Assembly (NCBI GenBank): GCA_038208905.1
Contig: JBBQYG010000025.1
Span: 1-34,333 of the forward strand
Direction: 5' to 3'
Length of the DNA stretch: 34,333 nucleotides
From: Candidatus Sumerlaeia bacterium
GTDB lineage: Bacteria > Sumerlaeota > Sumerlaeia > SLMS01
The notes beneath the pieces are model-generated. The model saw only the letters and a program-made list of their open reading frames with translations, made no database searches and had not been told where the DNA came from. A program made the translations under genes and the position numbers. Each line of letters begins with the position of its first letter. The first letter of the stretch is position 1. Positions 27,809 to 34,333 of this stretch are shown in pieces.

Positions 27809-28732
27809 ATGAATGCTATGCGCCTCGCCATGACGACGATCCTGCTGGGCTGTGGAGGGCTGGCAACCGCCGGTGCGCCCCCCGTGCTGACCTCCTTCGC
27901 GATGGTGGACCGCGATGGCGCGGGCGATCCAATCGCGGGGTTCACCAACGAGCAGACCGTCCGGGTGGAATTCGTCGGCGAAACAGGGTCCGACGTGGAG
28001 TTTCACATTTCCCAAACTGAGGACTTCGCGTCCTATGTGCCGCTCCCAAGCGTGACCACCCACGAGATTCCCCTCCCGGATACCGGGGCTCAGGTTTTCA
28101 CCTTCTATGCGCGACTTGCCACGGTGGCCGATGGCCCGGGTCCGGCGCTCTCCTTCGCGATCACGCTGGACACGACCCCGCCCACGGAAACGGACCTGGG
28201 CAAGTTGGCTTTCGCCGGGGGTGACACAATCGGTCCCGACATCAATTTCGAGGTCATCGCGGCTTTTAACGAGGCCGTCCGCACGGTGAGCTCGGTCGGC
28301 GCGGTGGAGGGCCTCAATGGCGCCAGCGTCGAGGCCGACCTGACCGGTGTCGGCGGCGGGTCGCTGTCGTTCCTTCCCGGCGCAAGCCCCGGCGATGGCC
28401 CGTTTCTTGGGCCCAACGCCTATCGCCTGCTGGGGGTGGGCAACGCCAACGGCGCGGGGAACATCGGCATCGCATTTCGCCCGAGCCGCGTGGCCGACCG
28501 CGCGGGTAACTTTCTGGTGCCGCGCGTCGATGGCGTGATCCTGGTCGCGATTCAGGCCGCGCCGACTCCCACTCCGACACCGGTCCCAACGCCGACCGTG
28601 GCGCTGCCGCTGACGACGGGGGAAGTCGTGCTGGTGCTCATCGGCCTGCGTCCGTCGTCGCCGCTGGGCGACCGCAACTTCGACACGCTGGTGGATTCGG
28701 CGGATGTGATCTTCGCGGCGTCGCCGGAGTAG
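27809..28732 (+). CDS. Secreted Ig-like protein with Pro/Thr linker and dockerin-like C-terminus
   Basis: Signal peptide; beta-rich domains (ITLDTTPP, FNEAV, VADRAGN); PTPTPTPVPTPT; DRNFDTLVDSADV calcium-loop-like tail. Confidence 0.7.
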   Translation: MNAMRLAMTTILLGCGGLATAGAPPVLTSFAMVDRDGAGDPIAGFTNEQTVRVEFVGETGSDVEFHISQTEDFASYVPLPSVTTHEIPLPDTGAQVFTFYARLATVADGPGPALSFAITLDTTPPTETDLGKLAFAGGDTIGPDINFEVIAAFNEAVRTVSSVGAVEGLNGASVEADLTGVGGGSLSFLPGASPGDGPFLGPNAYRLLGVGNANGAGNIGIAFRPSRVADRAGNFLVPRVDGVILVAIQAAPTPTPTPVPTPTVALPLTTGEVVLVLIGLRPSSPLGDRNFDTLVDSADVIFAASPE

Positions 28733-28737
28733 CCGCG

Positions 28738-29520
28738 CTACGCCCGGAGAACTTCCAGCAACTGCGGAAACGCCTCGGCCTCGATGGTTGGCGGGTCGTC
28801 GGTCAGGATCGACTCCACCTCGCGGAACCACGTCCTGGGGTGTGGTATATACACCGTGCGCAGGCCCGCGCGCTTGGCCATGTTGATGTCGCTGCGGGGC
28901 GAGTTCCCGACCATCACCGTGCTCGCCGGATTCAGGTCGTACTTCGCGATCACGCGGCGATAGCAGTCGGGATACTTGTGGGGGACGACCTCGGCGCCGT
29001 GGAACAGGTGCTTCAGGCCACAGCGGTCCACCTTGGCCATCTGGTCGCCTTGGTGCCCCTTGGTGACGATGATCACGCGAAAGCGGCGGGTAAGCTCCGG
29101 CAGTGTTTCCGCCACGCCCGCACGCCACTGGATTGGGTGGGACTTCAGGAATCGCGTCCAGCGGCGGACGCCCGCGTTGAACTCCGCGTGGAGGTGGCGG
29201 TAGCGCCCCCCATTGCGGGAGACGAGCGCCGCCACCGCCATCTCCATCGAGGCCGCATAGCTATCATAGCCGTAGCCCTTGGCCCCGATGTTGAAGTTCT
29301 CCCAGTGGTTCAGGATCGAAATCGTCGCGCGATCCGCGTGGCCGCAACGCCGCCCCGCGCGACAGAGCCACGCCAGCGACGCGAGGAAGAAGATGTTGTT
29401 CTCCCACAGCGTGTCGTCGATATCCATCAGCACGGTCTCGACGCCCGTGAAACGGCCGCCGGGCGCGATCCCCGCGAGGGCGACGGGTGGGTGCTCCAGT
29501 TGGTTCAGGTTTTCGATCAA
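28738..29520 (-). CDS. HAD-superfamily hydrolase
   Basis: Motif I MDIDDTLWEN, IVTKG, MVGNSPRSDI; likely TTG start at 29520 overlapping the upstream stop (TTGA). Confidence 0.87.
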   Translation of the reverse strand: MIENLNQLEHPPVALAGIAPGGRFTGVETVLMDIDDTLWENNIFFLASLAWLCRAGRRCGHADRATISILNHWENFNIGAKGYGYDSYAASMEMAVAALVSRNGGRYRHLHAEFNAGVRRWTRFLKSHPIQWRAGVAETLPELTRRFRVIIVTKGHQGDQMAKVDRCGLKHLFHGAEVVPHKYPDCYRRVIAKYDLNPASTVMVGNSPRSDINMAKRAGLRTVYIPHPRTWFREVESILTDDPPTIEAEAFPQLLEVLRA

Positions 29521-30365
29521 GGCGCTGTGCCGCGGAAGACGGAGAAGGCCTGGTCCTCGGGGAAGCGATCGTTCTCGCCGGCGCCGGCGGCGCTTTCGGT
29601 GGACGTCAGAAATGGTTCCTGGGCGATCCACTTATCGCCCTTCTTGCGGGCCGCGGCGGAGGCATAGGCGATGCCGCTGACCCCGCGCACGCGCAGATTG
29701 TAGAATCGCAGACCGGCGAATTCCTTCGCCATCTTCGTCCGCGCCTCCTCCACGGTGGGTGACTCGCCGAGGGGCTCGGTGACGACGTTGATTTCCAGCG
29801 CCTTCGCCGACGCCTTGTCCGACGACACCTTCTCGACTTCCGGCATTCCAAACCGCGGCTCGATGGCATCGATGGCGGTCACCGTGCCCACCTGCTTGAG
29901 GACTTCGGCGTTGCCGCGGATCGAGGTGGTGATCGACTGCATGATCGCGTCCTGCTCCGGGTGCGGCGGAAGCGCGATGCCGCGCAGGCGATAGGCGTCG
30001 CGCGTATAGACAGTGGCGTTGTCCACGCGCCACGGCCCGTGGTTCCGGCTCGACAAGTTGACCAGCACGAATGCCTCGCCCTTGGGGCCATAGACAGTGA
30101 AGTGGCGCATCTTGCTCTCGCGACTCCACAGGCCAAACGGCGAGCTACTCTGCATGTCGCCGCTCCCCGTCTCCGCCACCGATGTCACCGGCCCCACCAG
30201 GTCCACGACCTCCGGCTGGGTGAGGAGATACGTCTGCGCTAGATCGGTTGGAGCCATGCGCAGGTTGCTGGTGTCCAGTGTGCGGCTGCCCGAGGACGAG
30301 CATCCGGCCAACAGGATCAGCCCCAGTGATGTCGCTGCCGTGGTTGCGAATGTGTGTTTTTTCAT
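29517..30365 (-). CDS. Lipoprotein with two internally repeated domains (Coa1-like pattern)
   Basis: Lipobox LLAGC; repeat 1 PEVVDLVGPV...FTVYGPKGEAFV...GPWRV; repeat 2 AEVLKQVGTV...LRVRGVSGIAYA...DKWIA; GAAAGG upstream. Confidence 0.72.
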   Translation of the reverse strand: MKKHTFATTAATSLGLILLAGCSSSGSRTLDTSNLRMAPTDLAQTYLLTQPEVVDLVGPVTSVAETGSGDMQSSSPFGLWSRESKMRHFTVYGPKGEAFVLVNLSSRNHGPWRVDNATVYTRDAYRLRGIALPPHPEQDAIMQSITTSIRGNAEVLKQVGTVTAIDAIEPRFGMPEVEKVSSDKASAKALEINVVTEPLGESPTVEEARTKMAKEFAGLRFYNLRVRGVSGIAYASAAARKKGDKWIAQEPFLTSTESAAGAGENDRFPEDQAFSVFRGTAP

Positions 30366-30387
30366 TTAGTGCCTTTCGTGAATTAAA

Positions 30388-30423
30388 AATGGGAATGATG
30401 GGAGGTATGGGAATTATCGGACC
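30388..30423. repeat. Four 9-bp units (NATGGGANN)
   Basis: AATGGGAAT GATGGGAGG TATGGGAAT TATCGGACC, followed by TTCCCGATTCCCC just before the gmhB-fusion stop. Confidence 0.7.
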
Positions 30424-30453
30424 TGTGAAAAGTTTGCCGTTCCCGATTCCCCC

Positions 30454-31554
30454 CTACAAAATTCCCGCCCGTGCCCGTTCCATCACCACGTCGATGATGT
30501 CGCGGCTGCTGTTCTCCTTGGGGTTGCCGGCGATGCGCGTTTCGATGCCAAGGCGGCGGGACGTTTGCAGTTCCGGCACGTTGTCATCCCGATAGTCGGT
30601 GCCCTTGGCGTGGATGTCGGGCTTCAGCGTTTCCAGCACATAGTCGGCGGAGTCCTCGTGAAAGACCGTCAGGTAGTCCACATGGCGCAGGCTCGCGAGG
30701 AGGACCATGCGCTCGGCCTCCGGCAGCAGCGGGCGCCCGTTGCCCTTGAGCCGCGCGATGGAGGCGCTGGAGTTCACGGCCAGCACCAGCCGGTCGCCCA
30801 GCGCGCGGGCGTCCTCCAGATAGCTGACGTGTCCGCCGTGCAGCAGGTCGAAGCATCCGTTCACCAGCACCACGCGGTTGCCGCGCTCGCGCTCGGTGGC
30901 GACGTCGTTGGCGGTCTTCTGGAGATGGCCGAATTTCTTGCGCAGGTAGAAGTTCTCCGGCGCCGCGTCCAGGATCAGGTCCGCCAGCAGGCGATGCACC
31001 GCGTCGAAGATCGTCTCCTCAACAAACACGCGGTGGCGCTTGCGCTCCTCATAGAGGTGGGCCAGATCGAACTGGATGTCGGCCTTCACCTGGGTCCCCG
31101 TCAGCACGCGGATGCCCTTGCCGCCAAAGTTGAGGCCAAACTCCACATCGAGAGAGCGGTCGCCGATCGAGTAGGCGGGCAGACCCTGCAGCCCCAGGTC
31201 GCGCACGGCGTCATGATACATGCCCGGCATCGGCTTGCGCCGCGGGTCGCCGGCATCGGGGAGCGCGGGCGCGTGGTAGATACCGTCCAGATGCGCGCCC
31301 TCCGCCGCCAGCATCGCGTTCAGCTTCTCGTGAATCAGGGCCAGCGTCTCCTCCGTCAGCAACCCGCGGGGAATTCCCGACTGGTTGGTGGTCAGGACGG
31401 CGGCGACACCCTCCTGATTGAGCATCCGCACCGCCCGCGCCGCGTTGGGGAGCAGCACCAGGCGCTCGGGATCGGCGAGGTACTCCACGTCCTCGTTCAG
31501 GTTGCCGTCGCGGTCCAGCATCGCCGCCGCGCGGAATTTCTGTGGTGGTGTCAT
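30454..31554 (-). CDS. Fusion of GmhB-like heptose 1,7-bisphosphate phosphatase (HAD IIIA) and RfaE/HldE domain II-like adenylyltransferase
   Basis: N half LDRDGNLN, TNQSGIPRG, RKPMPGM, IGDRSLD; C half NGCFDLLHGGHVSYL, AVNSSAS, KGNGRP, PDIHAKGTDY; ATG 31554. Confidence 0.88.
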   Translation of the reverse strand: MTPPQKFRAAAMLDRDGNLNEDVEYLADPERLVLLPNAARAVRMLNQEGVAAVLTTNQSGIPRGLLTEETLALIHEKLNAMLAAEGAHLDGIYHAPALPDAGDPRRKPMPGMYHDAVRDLGLQGLPAYSIGDRSLDVEFGLNFGGKGIRVLTGTQVKADIQFDLAHLYEERKRHRVFVEETIFDAVHRLLADLILDAAPENFYLRKKFGHLQKTANDVATERERGNRVVLVNGCFDLLHGGHVSYLEDARALGDRLVLAVNSSASIARLKGNGRPLLPEAERMVLLASLRHVDYLTVFHEDSADYVLETLKPDIHAKGTDYRDDNVPELQTSRRLGIETRIAGNPKENSSRDIIDVVMERARAGIL

Positions 31555-31633
31555 CGGGGAGGTTCTCCGTCCTTTGGGGCCGAATAACAAGCAGGGGGTG
31601 TGGGGAGCCGCGGGGTCAAATCCTTCCGGGGCA

Positions 31634-31732
31634 CTGGGAACGCCGATCTCCCGATCGGCTGGGGGGGAGTAAGCTGCGGGGAACCACCGGGTCGTCGGGT
31701 GACGGCGCCAATCGGGAGATTGGCGTTCCCAG
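31634..31732. repeat. REP-like inverted doublet, second family
   Basis: CTGGGAACGCCGATCTCCCGATCGGC (31634-31659) and GCCAATCGGGAGATTGGCGTTCCCAG (31707-31732): 26-bp inverted repeat, two mismatches, each arm internally palindromic. Confidence 0.85.
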
Positions 31733-31735
31733 GAA

Positions 31736-31880
31736 CTACTCTTCGTCGGCGTGCTTGGACTCCATGAAGTTCCATGCCCCGTTGATGTCGCGGGCCCGGG
31801 CGCTGCGCTGCTGGACGGCACCGGCGATGATCGTCCATACGCCGTCGCGGTCCGCCCCCACGAAGCCGTGAAGGCCTTGG
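31736..31880 (-). pseudogene. Diverged, internally deleted copy of the 3' part of the J-domain gene
   Basis: 31736-31796 matches 33083-33143 (55/61 by hand) and 31789-31880 matches 33391-33482 (about 80/92); translation LHGFVGADRDGVWTIIAGAVQQR..ARDINGAWNFMESKHADEE*. Confidence 0.9.
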
Positions 31881-31949
31881 AGAAAATGAAAGCGCCGGGT
31901 GTGCGAGAGCACACCCGGCGCGGACCTTCGATGCGCTGCAGGCCTGGAT

Positions 31950-32828
31950 TCAGTAATACGACGTCCAGTTGGGTGCATCGCTGGCGACGATCGTTTCCAC
32001 GAGCAGGTTGTCGTAGATCACGCGGATATCGGCGTTGACGGAGGTGAAGGGATCGTCGCCGCCGAGGAGAACGCGACCGCTGGTCCACGTGTCGTCGGGG
32101 TCGTTGCGGGTAAACAGCGGCGCGCCGTCAATGGAGGCGGTGACGATGCCGGCCTCCTGCTTGATCTGAATCGTCTTCCACTGGTTCACAAACACACCGC
32201 CGGCGCCAAAGAAGCTCTGCGCGAAGGGGGTGGCGTTGCCCTTGCGGGCGCCACCGGCAACCGAGCCATCCGAGCTATCTGCCCAGACAAGGCCCGGGTA
32301 TTCGTTGTCGCTGAAGGCCGTGGTAAAACCTTCCTGGAAGATGATGCTGTCGTTGGCGCTGGCATCGGTGCGAAACGTGAGCCAGTAGCCGTCGGTGCTC
32401 GCGGAGACGGCCTGCTGGAAACTGATCTGGCGCGTGCCGGAGTGGTTGATACCGAAGTTGGCGTACTCGGACGTGCCGGTTGGTCCTGCCGGGTTCAGGT
32501 AGGGATACACATCCACCGTGACTTGGTAATCTCCGCTGTAGGAGGCGCTCGTGTACACCCCGACGGTGCTCTCAGCCGCGGCCGAGATGTTGGAACGGAG
32601 CGAAAGACCTGTGGTGGAGCCACCGGTCGAGCGAGGGGCCGACGGGATGGACAGGGTGGCGTAATCGAAGGCGTAGACGATCTCGGCATTGGCTGCCGAG
32701 CCTTCGATCAACTCGATAAATGTGCCCGGGGCGGGCGCGGCACTGAATGACTCGGTAAGGACGATGGCCGCGTTGGCGGATCCGGCCACTACCAGCGCGG
32801 CAACAGCGGTAAGAATTGCTTTCTTCAT
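31950..32828 (-). CDS. Secreted beta-sandwich (lectin/LamG-like) protein with a short W-x-x-Y tail
   Basis: Signal peptide MKKAILTAVAALVVAGSANA; GGAG upstream; Ser/Thr/Gly/aromatic-rich; ends YDNLLVETIVASDAPNWTSYY. Confidence 0.8.
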   Translation of the reverse strand: MKKAILTAVAALVVAGSANAAIVLTESFSAAPAPGTFIELIEGSAANAEIVYAFDYATLSIPSAPRSTGGSTTGLSLRSNISAAAESTVGVYTSASYSGDYQVTVDVYPYLNPAGPTGTSEYANFGINHSGTRQISFQQAVSASTDGYWLTFRTDASANDSIIFQEGFTTAFSDNEYPGLVWADSSDGSVAGGARKGNATPFAQSFFGAGGVFVNQWKTIQIKQEAGIVTASIDGAPLFTRNDPDDTWTSGRVLLGGDDPFTSVNADIRVIYDNLLVETIVASDAPNWTSYY

Positions 32829-33082
32829 CTGAAGTTCTCCATAGTGGGGTTTGACGAACGACATAGAAGAGGAGTTCTTACTGGACCCATCCCCTGCAAG
32901 AGAAAATTGCCGCCGGTATCGAATGCTCTGTCCAAAAGCGCTACTTTTCATTTCTGATACTTGACAATGGGCGGAGCCTTCACAACTCTAGCAGCCCCAA
33001 TGGTTTGACCGGCAAATCGCTCCATTTTGGCCGGCCGATTGCGCAACGCTACGCCGGTAACGATGGGGGCTACTGCAAGGGG

Positions 33083-34171
33083 CTACTCGGCGTCGGCGTG
33101 CTTGGACTCCATGAAGTTCCAAGCCTCGTTGATGCGGCGGGCCTTGGCCTCGGCCATGTCGCGGAAGTCGGCGTCGTCCTGAAAGCGGTCGGGGTGGTAG
33201 CGCTTGAGGAGCGAGCGATAGCGGGCGCGGATTTCCTCGAAGGGGGCGCCGGGCTTGAGGCCGAGGATGTCGAGGGCCAGCGGCTCGGTCATTTTCTCGG
33301 CCTTGCCGTTGGAGGGCGGGGGCGGGGGAGCGGAGCGCTTCTGCTCGCGCCCTTGGTCGGCGCCGGAGCGGGCGCGTGCCTGTGCCTCGGCGCGGGCTCG
33401 GTCGCGCCGCTGCTGGGCGGCACCGGCGATGATCGTCCAGGCGCCGTCGCGGTCCTGGCCCACGAAGCCGTGGAGGTCTTGGCGGAGGATTTCCTCCACC
33501 TCGCCGAGGGTCGCGCGCTGGCCGCTGGCGGCGAGGAGTTCGAGGAGGTGGGCCGACGTGGGCGTGTCGAATGCGCGCTCGAGAAGATCAAAGATGGTAT
33601 TGGCGAGGTAGAGGCGCTTCTCCGGGTCGAGCGTGGAGGCGCGCGGGCCGGCGGCGCTGGGGACGTGGCGGCGGGCGATGGTGAGCGCGCCGAAGAGCTC
33701 GGGGCGGACGTCGGACTCCTCGAGCATCCGGCACAGTCGCCCGATGGAGGCCCTGAGGGCGGCATATACCCGCCGATGGGCGGCGCCCGACTCGCCATCG
33801 GGCGGGGGCACGTCCATGCGGGAACTCACCATTTCCACCGCATCGTTGAGGAGAACGATCTTGGGGGCATAGTAGTCGCCGACGGCGGCGCGGCCGGCCT
33901 GGGCGATCTCGTTGGTCATGGCGAGGATCACATCGGCGGCGTCGGCGCTGGCCTCGGTCAGGGGCTTGCTCTGGTGTTTGACGAGGTGGATTTTCTCCTG
34001 CATCATGAAGGCGATGGTGGCGACCTCGGCCGATTCGCCTGCCATGGCGCGGACGCCCGCGGAGTCGAACGCCATGCCGTCGATTCCCGCCTCGCGCGCG
34101 AGCCGGTCCGCCACCGCCCGGGCCATGGGGCCCCGGCAACGGTCGTGCATGCTAAGAAAAACGAGTCGCAT
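33083..34171 (-). CDS. LMW phosphatase-like domain (catalytic residues lost) plus middle domain plus C-terminal DnaJ J-domain
   Basis: N-term MRLVFLSMHDRCRGPMA...FDSAGV...HQSKPL...ADVILAM matches the LMW-PTP/ArsC fold; C-term ALDILGL...EIRARYRSLLKRYHPD...RINEAW is a J-domain; ATG 34171 (alternative TTG 34216). Confidence 0.85.
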   Translation of the reverse strand: MRLVFLSMHDRCRGPMARAVADRLAREAGIDGMAFDSAGVRAMAGESAEVATIAFMMQEKIHLVKHQSKPLTEASADAADVILAMTNEIAQAGRAAVGDYYAPKIVLLNDAVEMVSSRMDVPPPDGESGAAHRRVYAALRASIGRLCRMLEESDVRPELFGALTIARRHVPSAAGPRASTLDPEKRLYLANTIFDLLERAFDTPTSAHLLELLAASGQRATLGEVEEILRQDLHGFVGQDRDGAWTIIAGAAQQRRDRARAEAQARARSGADQGREQKRSAPPPPPSNGKAEKMTEPLALDILGLKPGAPFEEIRARYRSLLKRYHPDRFQDDADFRDMAEAKARRINEAWNFMESKHADAE

Positions 34172-34333
34172 CCCTCCGTCCAGCCCCGCCTTTTCCGCGA
34201 TTCGCGCCGAAGGCAATGCGCCCCGGGACCCTTTAAGGGTGGGGCGCTTGCGGTTGGTCGGCTAGGATAATTGGGGGGGGGGGCGGCGCCGGGGGCCCCG
34301 GACATCGGGCCACCGGCGCGCGCGGAAAGGCGA

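Noticed and set aside
28729-28741. Mini-palindromes GTAGCCGCGCTAC (and GTAGCCTAC at 24735-24743) at convergent gene ends
   Set aside because: Explained by two facing GTAG stop contexts; too short to call an element.
31555-32088. 178-aa N-terminal extension of the gmhB fusion in the ORF track
   Set aside because: It runs through the REP doublet, the gene remnant and the secreted gene's end; homology begins at ATG 31554.
32961-32990. Perfect TTGACA on the plus strand
   Set aside because: No properly spaced -10 box, and it points antisense to the flanking genes.
31736-33482. Duplicated segment as a DGR template/variable repeat pair
   Set aside because: Mismatches are not confined to adenines on either strand, and there is no reverse transcriptase in the window.

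Overview
High-GC bacterial chromosomal window with about 33 CDSs. Housekeeping genes: 3' end of glyA, a sigma-54 response regulator, prmC, ettA, carB/carA, bioD, rpsL-rpsG (not followed by fusA), a divergent rpmG, rseP and a gmhB-adenylyltransferase fusion. Mixed in are envelope and secreted proteins, a DUF433/PIN toxin-antitoxin pair and small accessory remnants. The secreted-protein tails (PT linker plus dockerin-like end; short W-x-x-Y tail) recall Ca. Sumerlaeota/BRC1-like organisms, but that is inference from memory. No rRNA, tRNA, CRISPR array, integrase or transposase was recognised. The main unexplained structure is a set of intergenic degenerate 7/9/10-bp tandem arrays in four apparent states: inverted arms around a GxxExxY putative nuclease gene between carA and carB, inverted arms around a short relic, empty arm-loop-arm hairpins, and solo arms. 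This suggests an undescribed small mobile or intervening element class. Also notable: a pseudophosphatase-J-domain fusion whose 3' end is duplicated with an in-frame 255-bp microhomology deletion around a secreted-protein gene, several REP-like palindromes, two probable pseudo-enzymes and frequent TAG stops. All family assignments come from motif recognition, not database searches.
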